Shown: one piece after another, positions 20,731-30,828 of the stretch
Position numbering within the stretch: the first letter of the stretch is position 1
Layout of the letters: every line of letters starts with the position of its first letter
Assembly (NCBI RefSeq): GCF_022846255.1
Contig: NZ_AP025682.1
DNA from: Escherichia coli
GTDB taxonomy: Bacteria > Pseudomonadota > Gammaproteobacteria > Enterobacterales > Enterobacteriaceae
DNA length: 64,000 bases
Direction: 5' to 3' (one strand)
The notes under the pieces: model-generated
What the model was told of the DNA's origin: nothing
Seen by the model: only the letters and a program-made list of their open reading frames with translations
Database searches by the model: none
Program-made: the position numbers and the translations under genes

Positions 20731-21465
20731 TCAAACCTGATAGCAATCCACCAAAAATGCCATCATTTCACTGGCATCTTTGCTGTGATAAAAGCGCACC
20801 ATTTTGCTGTTGAACTCCAGCGCACGAGCTGCGGGTACACTAATGGGATTGTAACCGTGGCGCATTAACCAGCCGTTCATCATATGGCGACTGGTACGCT
20901 TGTTGCCATCAAAGAAAAACTGAAAATAAGCACCAAATAAAAACATTGCCAGCGCCCCTTCGAATGGTGGCATCTCTTTTATTTGTGCCACACCTGCGGC
21001 GAATATTCGATTCAGTTCAGGTGCACCTGCTTCAGTGGCTGGTGGAAAATGAGCGCCCAGTTCACCGAGATGAACGCGCGCATTGTAATGTAACTCTTCA
21101 CCTTCGCCGCGAAAAACGCCCCACTCCAGCGCCTCATTACGCGCAATAATGCCGTTAAGTAACGTGAACGTTTTCTTATCAAGGTCAAAACGCCCGAATT
21201 GCACAAGTTCAATCAGTTTTTTTGCGCTATCTGCCAGGTTCAACACCTGCTCAGTATCACTGACCTTATGCCCGCCAACAGTGACGCCATCGAGCAACGT
21301 TTTAACTTCAACAAAGGTATAGGGGTTATTTTCCAGTTGCGCGGCATCCCAGACAAACCCAGCCATATGCGTTTTGAAGGTAAATAAGGCTGCGCGCGTA
21401 CCGACAATTTGCATCGCCGGGATGGCATTTGCATTCCAGCTCAGGTCCAGTAGTTTGGTTGTCAT
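20731..21465 (-). CDS. Fic/Doc-fold protein with degenerate active-site motif
   Basis: 244 aa; region FQFFFDGNKRTSRHMMNGWLMRHGY aligns to the Fic motif HPFx(D/E)GNGRxxR but has Gln in place of the invariant His and the Doc-type NKR; AAGGA RBS; 43 bp downstream of GmrSD-like gene. Confidence 0.55.
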   Translation of the reverse strand: MTTKLLDLSWNANAIPAMQIVGTRAALFTFKTHMAGFVWDAAQLENNPYTFVEVKTLLDGVTVGGHKVSDTEQVLNLADSAKKLIELVQFGRFDLDKKTFTLLNGIIARNEALEWGVFRGEGEELHYNARVHLGELGAHFPPATEAGAPELNRIFAAGVAQIKEMPPFEGALAMFLFGAYFQFFFDGNKRTSRHMMNGWLMRHGYNPISVPAARALEFNSKMVRFYHSKDASEMMAFLVDCYQV

Positions 21466-21508
21466 TAGAGGATCCTTGATTGCATGGTAAAGTGGATATT
21501 ATTCCATA

Positions 21509-23608
21509 TTAAACCATCGCGTTATCCATCTGCTTTTCAAATGCCTGACGAATTAATCCCATCACATAAGGAAGCTCAGAAAGATCGCTGAAACCTATTT
21601 CAACATCGCCATTGCCCCAACGGCCTATATCTGTGACATCTTTAGCCATACATTTTGGGTCAACCAGTTCATGGAATGGCATATTTAGTGATAAACGTAA
21701 GCGACTTTTTTGCGGCACCACATCAACAAAATTCGTCTCCGCTTTGAAGGCAACATAGAGCTTCAATATTTCTCGCGTAACCCCAGCGTCCAGCGTCATA
21801 ACGGCATCAGAAAGGCTGTCAAAAAGTACGCGGATGTGCGTACCTTCTTCAAGTTGCGGGAAATCAGCAAGGACATATCCCGTTCCTCGTTCAACGACAG
21901 TGCGATAACGAGCCAACACGTCTTCCGAAAGTTTGGGGATCGCCCAGACGTCTATTGCCAGCTCGGACAGACGTTCCGCTCTCTTTTGTATCGCTGCACG
22001 ATCCCATATTTCACATTGCCCTAACCCCGTGTTCAGGCGTAATGGACTTTCCTTAAAGCCACCTTTTATATCTCGTTTCTTCGCAAATGGACGGTCGCTG
22101 TAGCTTGAGTTATAGCCAGTTAACGTTAAATTACCCAACGTATGGAGCCACTTTTTATGGATACGCTTCCATTCCGGACCAAGGTCATCGCGCCACTTCA
22201 CCGATAAATTAGGGTTCTGCGGCATGATATGTTCAATCGTATAAGTGTCAACATAGACCCGTTCTTTACGATCGTGGTTTTCAAATCTGCGTAGCCAATA
22301 GCTGCGATTACGGAAGTTGTAGAGATCGCGAGTTTTCAGTTCACGTTGAAATTCATCATCATCCGGGAAACGACGGTAGGAAGGCAGATCCAGCAAATGC
22401 GCCGCAATGCTCTCCAGATAACGCTCTTTATCCAGCACTTTGTAAAACGTAGCGAAGGTTTTAGTAAATGAGTTGGTGGGAATTGCACAGACTGCGCGCC
22501 GGAAGATATACGACTCAATTAAACGCGTGGCACCTAAAAAATCCGCGGCAGAAAGGATCCCCTGTTTATAGTCGTGATAAAGCACCAACAGGAACGGCCA
22601 TGCAGCATCAACTTTCAGTTCCCGCAGATCCTGAAACGCCATCTTTAAGGTTTTATCCTTTTCGCTATCCAGCGCCATCGCACAAAAATAGTCAGCAAAC
22701 GTACGAATATCCGCAACCAGCGCCTCCATCCCGCTATCTATTACGCCAGGTTTTCGCGCATAGCGTTTAAAGGCTTCATAGACATCACCAATTCGCGGAA
22801 TCTCACCTGTTTTTACCGTCAGGTAATTACGCATAAAACTGTCGAAATAGTCAGTGTATCCCTTCTGACCAAACGCCAGCTCCATGGGCCGCCAGTAATC
22901 GTCGTACAGTTGGCTTTGATGTTCTGGCTCCAGCCCCATCAAAACATAGTTGCGTACTAGATCCGCCTGACTCAGCGCTTTTCCTGTAGAGTTCATGCTT
23001 TCGAAGATAAGTTGCGGATTATCCTGACCGCGATTCAAGGCGACATCCACAATCAGCAGTTTTGAAAGGCCCTGACATAACGCGGTGAAATTGCCGTGGA
23101 GTTTGCCTATTTGCTCATGGAAAAACTCAAAATTCTCTTTCACGCGTAGAGAGCAATTTTCTGCCAGCGGTTTTTGTCTAATCAATGCCAGCAGGCTTTC
23201 TCTGTCCGTTTGCGTAAGCAGTAACTTAAAACCACGCTCGCCTGATTCATACGGATTGAGCAGATAATAGTTTCGTAATTTCATGGCGGAGAAACCATCC
23301 ATCACCTCGTCATCGCCAAGATGTCTGGACAACGCTTCCAGCAATAACATCGCCGTTGTCAGGCGTTGCTGACCGTCAATCACCAGTAATGGCGAAATCC
23401 CCGAAACCTGATATAGGCCCTGTTCGATATACACCACCGAGCCGATGAAATGCGCCGGGATATCATCACGCTGCCCGGCACGTATTACATCGTCCCAGAG
23501 CTGGCGGCACTGTTCCTCTGACCATGAGTAAGTACGCTGATAAATGGGAATAACGAATTGCTGAGAGCGTTTTAGAAAATCGAGTAATCGGGCTTCGGTG
23601 GCTTTCAT
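21509..23608 (-). CDS. GmrSD-like Type IV restriction endonuclease candidate (DUF262 ParB-like NTPase + DUF1524 His-Me finger nuclease)
   Basis: 699 aa; N-terminal IPIYQRTYSW and DGQQRLT motifs (DUF262); C-terminal EHIMPQ...GNLTLTGYNSSYS motif (DUF1524); AGGAG RBS. Confidence 0.75.
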   Translation of the reverse strand: MKATEARLLDFLKRSQQFVIPIYQRTYSWSEEQCRQLWDDVIRAGQRDDIPAHFIGSVVYIEQGLYQVSGISPLLVIDGQQRLTTAMLLLEALSRHLGDDEVMDGFSAMKLRNYYLLNPYESGERGFKLLLTQTDRESLLALIRQKPLAENCSLRVKENFEFFHEQIGKLHGNFTALCQGLSKLLIVDVALNRGQDNPQLIFESMNSTGKALSQADLVRNYVLMGLEPEHQSQLYDDYWRPMELAFGQKGYTDYFDSFMRNYLTVKTGEIPRIGDVYEAFKRYARKPGVIDSGMEALVADIRTFADYFCAMALDSEKDKTLKMAFQDLRELKVDAAWPFLLVLYHDYKQGILSAADFLGATRLIESYIFRRAVCAIPTNSFTKTFATFYKVLDKERYLESIAAHLLDLPSYRRFPDDDEFQRELKTRDLYNFRNRSYWLRRFENHDRKERVYVDTYTIEHIMPQNPNLSVKWRDDLGPEWKRIHKKWLHTLGNLTLTGYNSSYSDRPFAKKRDIKGGFKESPLRLNTGLGQCEIWDRAAIQKRAERLSELAIDVWAIPKLSEDVLARYRTVVERGTGYVLADFPQLEEGTHIRVLFDSLSDAVMTLDAGVTREILKLYVAFKAETNFVDVVPQKSRLRLSLNMPFHELVDPKCMAKDVTDIGRWGNGDVEIGFSDLSELPYVMGLIRQAFEKQMDNAMV

Positions 23609-23892
23609 GAATGACTCCTGTCAAATTGCGCTGGCAAACGGCGTCATTATGCTGCGAATAAAAAATAAAAGTTAGCGTCTTTGTTTCTGCAAAAATACCA
23701 TTCCAGGATAAATCAAAATATATTAAGAAACACCTCAAAACACATTCATTAGAACAATTAATGCTTCCAATATATATTAATAACGCATTGAAAATGATCA
23801 TGTTTTTGATCATCACAACGATAGTTTGATATAACAAAGCATTCACTTCACATTGAATATCCCCCTCTTTTTCAGGGCAAGGAATGCTTTTT

Positions 23893-26238
23893 ATGTCATC
23901 AACTAATTTCAGCCAGATTGCAGCCTTCCTGTGGTCTGTCGCCGACCTGTTACGCGGCGATTTTAAACAATCACAATATGGGCGAATTATTCTCCCTTTC
24001 ACTCTTCTTCGTCGTCTGGAATGCGTACTCGAAACAACGAAAGACGCGGTCATTGCTGAGGCGCAAAAAGTAAAAGCCATGAAACTACCAGAGGACGCTC
24101 AGGAGAAAATGATCCTGCGGGCGACCAATGGCCTCACGTTCTTTAACGCCTCAGCGATGGACCTCAGCAAAATGGGGCAAAATGGCATACAGGACAACCT
24201 GGAAAACTATATCCAGTCGTTCTCTTCGGATGCCCGAGAAATTTTCGAACACTTCAAGTTCAGCGAATTTGTCGGGCAGCTCGCTGATGCGAACTTACTG
24301 TTCAAAGTGGTGCAAATATTCGCTAAAGCAGATTTATACCCCGGGCGCGTCACCAACCACGACATGGGGCTGGTGTTTGAGGAGCTGATCCGACGTTTTG
24401 CAGAGAGTTCTAACGAAACCGCCGGGGAACACTTTACCCCGCGTGATATAGTCAATCTGACCACCTCGCTGGTGTTTTTCGATGATGATGATGCACTCAA
24501 TAAAGACGGCATCATCCGCACCATTTACGACCCAACAGCAGGAACCGGCGGCTTTCTCTCTTCCGGCATGGAGTACGTCCACAAACAAAACCCCAATGCC
24601 GTGATGCGCGCGTTTGGTCAGGAGTTAAACCCGGAATCCTACGCCATCTGCAAAGCCGACATGCTGATTAAGGGCCAGGACGTCAGCCTTATCAAACTCG
24701 GCAACACCCTTTCCAACGATCAACTCCCCACAGAAAAATTCGATTACATGCTCTCTAACCCACCTTTCGGCGTGGACTGGAAAAAGATCGAAGGCGACAT
24801 CAACGACGAGCACAAACTCAAAGGTGCTGATGGCCGCTTTGGCCCCGGCCTGCCCCGCGTCTCCGACGGTTCGTTGCTGTTTCTGCTGCACCTGATCAGC
24901 AAAATGCGCGATGCCAAAAGCGGTGGTGGGCGGATCGGCATCATTCTTAATGGCTCTCCGTTATTCACCGGCGGCGCGGGCAGCGGTGAAAGCGAGATCC
25001 GCCGCTACATTCTGGAAGCGGATTTGCTGGAAGGCATTATCGCCCTGCCCACCGACATGTTTTACAACACCGGTATCGCTACCTATGTGTGGATTTTGTC
25101 GAATAAAAAAGCGCCAGAGCGCAAGGGCAAAGTCCAGCTTATCGACGCTAGCAACCTGTGCGGCAAGATGCGTAAATCGCTGGGGTCAAAACGCAATATT
25201 CTCGGGGAGGAGGATATTGGTTTAATCACCCGCACGTTTGGCGATTTCGAATTCGTTGCCACCACCACGCTTGCGGCGTTAGGCCTGGAGAAAGCACCCG
25301 AACAAAAATCCAGCCGGGGACGCCAGCCCGCAACAACCAAAACCGAGGCGGCAAAAACCTTTGCCAGCAAAGTCTTTCACAGCACCGAGTTTGGCTATCG
25401 TCGCATCACCGTTGAACGCCCGTTACGCCTGTCGGCTCAGATCACCGATGACGCCATTGCCACATTGCTCTTTGCGCCGAAGCCGTTTAACGCTCCGATG
25501 GCGCAACTGTATGACGCCTTTGCTTTCCAGTGGCAGGACGGTAATTACGGCGACTTAACAGAGATAGAAAGTGAAGCCCGCGCCATTCTTAAAGCCGATT
25601 TTAGCGAGCTGAAAGAGAAGCAAATTAAAGATCTGCTCGACAGCAAATTATGGCTGGTCCAGCGCGGATTAATGGAAAAAGCGCGGCGTATTCAGGCGGC
25701 GATGGGTATGCAGGCGGGCGGCAAAGATACCGTTAGCAATGACTTTAATCAGTTCCAGTTGACGCTGAAAGAGGCGTTCAAAACCGCAGGCGTGAAGCTG
25801 GATGCGAAAGAGAACAAGCAGTTTATTGATGCCATTACCCGCAAAAACCCGGACGCCGAGCCGGTAGTCAGCAAGGTACTGAAAGAAGCGGCCCAACCGC
25901 TGTATGGCGCGTGTGAGTACAACGGAAAGGTTGTGGAGTTTGAGCCGGATGGCGACCTGCGTGATAACGAGAATGTGCCGTTAAATCCGGCGGTATCTAC
26001 CAGCGAGTTGATCGAGGGTTACTTCAAAGCAGAAGTGTTACCGCACGCCGCGGATGCGTGGATTAACGCCGATAAACGCGATGCGAAAGATGGGGATATC
26101 GGGATTGTGGGGTATGAAATTCCGTTTAATCGCCATTTTTATGTTTATACACCGCCGCGACCGTTGGAGGAGATTGATGCTGATTTGGATGCGGTAAGCG
26201 CTGAGATTATGAAACTGTTGCAGGAGGTACATTCCTGA
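23893..26238 (+). CDS. hsdM: Type I restriction-modification DNA methyltransferase subunit M (with long C-terminal extension)
   Basis: About 781 aa; motif [11 protein letters not shown] and motif IV NPPFG present; start taken at second ATG (23893) with AAGGA RBS; stop overlaps hsdS start. Confidence 0.9.
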   Translation: MSSTNFSQIAAFLWSVADLLRGDFKQSQYGRIILPFTLLRRLECVLETTKDAVIAEAQKVKAMKLPEDAQEKMILRATNGLTFFNASAMDLSKMGQNGIQDNLENYIQSFSSDAREIFEHFKFSEFVGQLADANLLFKVVQIFAKADLYPGRVTNHDMGLVFEELIRRFAESSNETAGEHFTPRDIVNLTTSLVFFDDDDALNKDGIIRTIYDPTAGTGGFLSSGMEYVHKQNPNAVMRAFGQELNPESYAICKADMLIKGQDVSLIKLGNTLSNDQLPTEKFDYMLSNPPFGVDWKKIEGDINDEHKLKGADGRFGPGLPRVSDGSLLFLLHLISKMRDAKSGGGRIGIILNGSPLFTGGAGSGESEIRRYILEADLLEGIIALPTDMFYNTGIATYVWILSNKKAPERKGKVQLIDASNLCGKMRKSLGSKRNILGEEDIGLITRTFGDFEFVATTTLAALGLEKAPEQKSSRGRQPATTKTEAAKTFASKVFHSTEFGYRRITVERPLRLSAQITDDAIATLLFAPKPFNAPMAQLYDAFAFQWQDGNYGDLTEIESEARAILKADFSELKEKQIKDLLDSKLWLVQRGLMEKARRIQAAMGMQAGGKDTVSNDFNQFQLTLKEAFKTAGVKLDAKENKQFIDAITRKNPDAEPVVSKVLKEAAQPLYGACEYNGKVVEFEPDGDLRDNENVPLNPAVSTSELIEGYFKAEVLPHAADAWINADKRDAKDGDIGIVGYEIPFNRHFYVYTPPRPLEEIDADLDAVSAEIMKLLQEVHS

Positions 26239-27503
26239 TGGCGGGGTTAAATAAGTATCGGGCGTATCCGGAGTACAAGGATTCTGGGGTGGAGTGGTTG
26301 GGGGAGATACCAGTCCATTGGAATATAAATCGGTTAGGACATTTTTTTGAGGAACGTAGAGAAAAGGTTAGTGATAAGGATTTCCCAGCATTATCAGTCA
26401 CAATGCAAGGGATTGTTCCTCAGCTTGAAACAGCAGCTAAAACGGATGCTGGAGACAATCGTAAATTAGTTTTAAAAGATGATTTTGTAATAAATAGTCG
26501 TTCTGACAGAAAAGGTTCAGCCGGTGTATCTCGGTTAAATGGCTCTGTTTCATTAATTAGCATAGTCATGCAACCAAAAAAAATAAATGTCAATTTTGCC
26601 CATCACCTACTCCGAAGCTATCCCTTCCAGGAAGAGTTTTATCGCTATGGGAAAGGAATCGTAGCAGATCTGTGGAGCACTAATGCCTCCGAGATGAAAA
26701 ATATACTACTCCCTGAAATTCCTGGCAGCGAAAGTGAAAATATTGCAAATTTTCTCAACTATGAAACCGCAAAAATCGATATCCTGATCGAGAAACAACA
26801 ACAACTTATTGAACTGCTGAAAGAAAAACGTCAGGCCGTGATTAGCCATGCGGTGACCAAAGGGCTAAATCCTGATGTGCCGATGAAAGATTCTGGGGTT
26901 GAGTGGTTGGACGAAATCCCTGAACACTGGAGGATATGCAAATTAAAAAACCTAGCTAAAATATGTAATGGACAGGATTATAAACTCGTTCAAGCAGAAA
27001 CCGGTTATCCAGTAATAGGCTTCGGGGGGCAGTTTGCATGGGCGAATACTTTTCTATATGATAAACCATCAGTCCTCTTGGGTAGAAAGGGTACAATTGA
27101 TAAACCATTGTATATAGACAAGGCATTTTGGACCGTCGATACAATGTATTACACGGAAGTATTTGATTGCATTATAGAGAAATATTTATATTATTTAGCA
27201 CTGACAATTCAGTTTAATCGTTATGCAACTAATACCGCACTGCCTAGTATGACTCAAGAACACTTAGGTAATTACTCATTTTCATTGTCATTCAACCTCA
27301 GTGAGCAAAAACTAATAATTAATAGCATTGAAAAATCATTAATTAAAATAGATGCCCTAACCGAAAAACAGTTAAAACAAATCGAACTCCTCAAAGAACG
27401 CCGCACCGCCCTTATCTCCGCCGCCGTCACCGGCAAAATAGATCTCCGCAACTGGACCGCCCCCATCGCCAAAACGGAAGCACCCACGGAGGCCAGCGCA
27501 TGA
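26238..27503 (+). CDS. hsdS: Type I restriction-modification specificity subunit S
   Basis: 421 aa; two AT-rich target-recognition domains separated by conserved repeats (KDSGVEWLGEIPVHW / KDSGVEWLDEIPEHW; LLKEKRQAVIS / LLKERRTALIS); TGATG overlap with hsdM. Confidence 0.85.
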   Translation: MAGLNKYRAYPEYKDSGVEWLGEIPVHWNINRLGHFFEERREKVSDKDFPALSVTMQGIVPQLETAAKTDAGDNRKLVLKDDFVINSRSDRKGSAGVSRLNGSVSLISIVMQPKKINVNFAHHLLRSYPFQEEFYRYGKGIVADLWSTNASEMKNILLPEIPGSESENIANFLNYETAKIDILIEKQQQLIELLKEKRQAVISHAVTKGLNPDVPMKDSGVEWLDEIPEHWRICKLKNLAKICNGQDYKLVQAETGYPVIGFGGQFAWANTFLYDKPSVLLGRKGTIDKPLYIDKAFWTVDTMYYTEVFDCIIEKYLYYLALTIQFNRYATNTALPSMTQEHLGNYSFSLSFNLSEQKLIINSIEKSLIKIDALTEKQLKQIELLKERRTALISAAVTGKIDLRNWTAPIAKTEAPTEASA

Positions 27504-30500
27504 GCAACGACATTACAAAAGAGCTCAACCTGCAAAACGACATCATCGCCCAGATGGTGGAAAAAGGCTGGATTGTCGGCAAAGGTGACGGCTACGACCG
27601 GGAACGTGCGCTATACGCACAAGACGTTCTGCACTTTGTGCAAACCACCCAACCGCAAGAGTGGGAGAAATTCGCCCGCGTTTACCCCAACGACAACGAA
27701 CGCCATTTCCTCGACGCGCTGGTTGCGCAGTTAAAAAAAGCCGACAGCAACGCCACCGACATCCAGACGCGCACCTGGGGTACGCTCGGCGTACTTCGCC
27801 ACGGACTGAAAATCCGCAATGCCCGTTTTTCGCTGTGTCAGTTTAAACCGGAACATAATCTCAACCCGGAAACGCTGGCGCGCTATCAGCAGAATATCTG
27901 CCGTATCGTGCCGGAACTGGTCTACAGCCCATATGCCTCAAATAGCGTCTTTGCAGAAACGGGCGTGAAAGCCAAAAAATGGCGCATCGACCTGGTGCTG
28001 TTTATCAACGGCCTGCCAATTGCCACGCTGGAGCTGAAATCCGAATTCAAACAGGCGGTGCAGAACGCCATTGCGCAGTACAAAAAGACCCGCCTGCCGA
28101 AAGATCCCGCCACCAATAAACCGGAACCGCTGCTGACCTTTAAGCGCGGCGCGCTGGTGCATTTTGCCGTCAGCCAGTATGACGTCTTTATGACCACCAA
28201 ACTCGCGGGTGACAGCACCTTCTTCCTGCCGTTTAACAAAGGCACCAAAGACGGAGGCGCAGGCAACGAGATCCCCGAAGATACCCACCGCTACGCCACC
28301 GATTATCTGTGGAATGAAGTGCTGCTGCCGGACAACTTATTAAAAATCCTCGCCAGTTTTGTCCATTTGCAGATTGAAGAAAAAGAGGACTGGAACGGGC
28401 TGAAAGCGAAGAAAGAGAGCCTGATTTTCCCGCGTTATCACCAGTGGGATGTGGTCAACAAACTGCTGGAGGCCGCAACGGTCGAAGGCACCGGCCATAA
28501 ATACCTGATCCAGCACAGCGCCGGTTCCGGTAAATCGAACTCCATTGCCTGGACCGCCCACCAGCTTTCTCGTCTGTACGACGTGAACGGGGAAAAACAG
28601 TTCCACTCCGTTATCGTGGTGACGGACCGCACGGTGCTGGACGACCAGCTTCAGGACACCATCTGGCAGTTCGAACATGCCGACGGCGTGGTCGGGCGCA
28701 TCAATAACAGAGAGGGCGACGGCTCTAAATCGGAAAAGCTCGCCAACGCGCTGGAAAACTCGCAGCCGATAATCATCGTCACCATCCAGACATTCCCGTT
28801 CGTGCTGAAAGCCATCGAAAACAGCGTCAGCCTGAAGCAGCGTAAATACGCGGTGATTGCCGACGAAGCACACTCCTCGCAGAGCGGTTCTACCGCCCGT
28901 CAGCTTAAAGAAGTGCTGATGAGCGAAGAAATGGATGATGACGTGGTACTGTCGTCAGAAGATATCCTGGATGCGACCATTGCCGCCCGGAAAGGCAGCA
29001 GTAACCTGAACTACTACGCCTTTACCGCCACGCCAAAATCCAAAACCCTCGAACTTTTTGGTCGCCGCCCACGTCCCGATGAACCGGCGTCAAAAACCAA
29101 TAAACCTGAGGCCTTCCACGTCTACTCCATGCGCCAGGCAATCGAAGAAGGCTTTATCCTCGATGTGCTGAAAAACTACACCAACTACAAAGTGGCGTAT
29201 CAGTTGTTGCAAAAGCTGGAAGACAAAGACCGCGAGGTCGATAGCAAACGGGCGAAGATTAAGCTCAACCAGTGGGTGACACTGCACGACCACAATATCT
29301 CGCAGAAGGTGAAGGTGATTGTGGATCACTTCCGCAAACATGTGATGCACCTGCTTGGTGGCCAGGCCAAAGCGATGGTGGTCACCAGTTCACGCAAAGC
29401 CGCTGTGCGCTACAAGCTGGCGTTTGATAAATACATTAGCGAGAACAATTACCAGAAAATCAGCGCGATGGTGGCATTTTCCGGGGAAGTTGAATTCCAG
29501 GAAGGCGACCATAACAGCCTGGCATTGTTAAACCAGAAATTTACTGAAATAAACATGAACCCCGGCCTGAAAGGGCGGGATATGCGCAAAGCCTTCGACA
29601 GCGACGATTATCAGGTGATGTTGGTCGCCAATAAATTCCAGACCGGTTTTGACCAGCCAAAGCTGTGCGCAATGTACGTGGATAAACCCCTCGGTGGCGT
29701 CGAGTGTGTCCAGACGCTTTCCCGCCTGAACCGCACCTATCCGGGCAAAGCGGAATCAGGCACTTTTGTCCTCGATTTTATCAACGATCCGGGCGAGATC
29801 CTCAAGGCATTCCAGCCCTATTACCAGACGGCGGAACTGACCGATGTCAGCGATCCGCAGCAGGTATTCGATCTGTTTGAAAAACTGCGCGCCACGCAGA
29901 TTTTCCAGTGGCATGAAGTCGAGCAGTTCTGCGAGGCATACTTCATCAAAAATAAATCGAATGCGGCGATCAGTAATATCTGCAAACCGGCGGTAGAACG
30001 CTGGAAAAAGCGTTATCTGATGGCGATAGACGCCTATTTGACCGCCAAAGAGATGTTCGAGCGCACCAAAAAAACGGGCGATACGGTGTTAATCACCAAT
30101 GCGGAAAACAGTTTTAAAGCCTGTAAGCAGGAGAAAGATCGCCTGGAAATATTCAAAAAGGATCTCGGCAGCTTTGTTCGCTTTTATGAATTTATGTCGC
30201 AGATCGTCGAGTACGATGACAAAGATCTGGAAAAACTGAGCCTGTTTGCCCGCCATTTGCGTCCGCTGCTGCATGAACAACGTCTGGAAGAGGATGAGGT
30301 TGATCTCAGTAACGTGGAGATCAGTCACTATCGCTTATCGAAAATCCATGAACAAGATTTACGCTTACAGGAAGAAACACCTGACTATACGCTGGATGCA
30401 AGTAATGATATTGGTACGGCAAAAGCGAAAGATAAAAAAGAGGAGTTTTTATCGCAGGTGCTTTCTCGGATGAATGAATTATTCATTAGCGACCATTTGA

Positions 30501-30763
30501 CCGACAAAGATATGATCAGCAATGCTTTTTCGGTGTATAACAAAATAACTGAAAATGAAAATGTTATGACACAAATTAATAATAATCCGCCAGAACAAGC
30601 TATTCTTGGTGATTTCCTCCAGGCAGTTGATAATGCTGTAATGGACAGTAATGACGCTCGACAAGAATTTATGTTGCAATATTTATCCGATCCAGTTCGG
30701 GCAAAGGGCTTTGCTTATCTGATGTTTGATATGCTAACGGGGAAAATTGCTTTGCCAACATGA
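27500..30763 (+). CDS. hsdR: Type I restriction enzyme R subunit (endonuclease/helicase)
   Basis: 1087 aa; N-terminal PD-(D/E)xK-like LELKSE region, Walker A GSGKS, DEAH box VIADEAHSSQ; ATGA overlap with hsdS. Confidence 0.9.
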   Translation: MSNDITKELNLQNDIIAQMVEKGWIVGKGDGYDRERALYAQDVLHFVQTTQPQEWEKFARVYPNDNERHFLDALVAQLKKADSNATDIQTRTWGTLGVLRHGLKIRNARFSLCQFKPEHNLNPETLARYQQNICRIVPELVYSPYASNSVFAETGVKAKKWRIDLVLFINGLPIATLELKSEFKQAVQNAIAQYKKTRLPKDPATNKPEPLLTFKRGALVHFAVSQYDVFMTTKLAGDSTFFLPFNKGTKDGGAGNEIPEDTHRYATDYLWNEVLLPDNLLKILASFVHLQIEEKEDWNGLKAKKESLIFPRYHQWDVVNKLLEAATVEGTGHKYLIQHSAGSGKSNSIAWTAHQLSRLYDVNGEKQFHSVIVVTDRTVLDDQLQDTIWQFEHADGVVGRINNREGDGSKSEKLANALENSQPIIIVTIQTFPFVLKAIENSVSLKQRKYAVIADEAHSSQSGSTARQLKEVLMSEEMDDDVVLSSEDILDATIAARKGSSNLNYYAFTATPKSKTLELFGRRPRPDEPASKTNKPEAFHVYSMRQAIEEGFILDVLKNYTNYKVAYQLLQKLEDKDREVDSKRAKIKLNQWVTLHDHNISQKVKVIVDHFRKHVMHLLGGQAKAMVVTSSRKAAVRYKLAFDKYISENNYQKISAMVAFSGEVEFQEGDHNSLALLNQKFTEINMNPGLKGRDMRKAFDSDDYQVMLVANKFQTGFDQPKLCAMYVDKPLGGVECVQTLSRLNRTYPGKAESGTFVLDFINDPGEILKAFQPYYQTAELTDVSDPQQVFDLFEKLRATQIFQWHEVEQFCEAYFIKNKSNAAISNICKPAVERWKKRYLMAIDAYLTAKEMFERTKKTGDTVLITNAENSFKACKQEKDRLEIFKKDLGSFVRFYEFMSQIVEYDDKDLEKLSLFARHLRPLLHEQRLEEDEVDLSNVEISHYRLSKIHEQDLRLQEETPDYTLDASNDIGTAKAKDKKEEFLSQVLSRMNELFISDHLTDKDMISNAFSVYNKITENENVMTQINNNPPEQAILGDFLQAVDNAVMDSNDARQEFMLQYLSDPVRAKGFAYLMFDMLTGKIALPT

Positions 30764-30828
30764 AAATACGTTGATAGCCGGGGTCGCACTTTCTACCCCG
30801 GCCATATTATTTGCAATAAGGAATAGCT

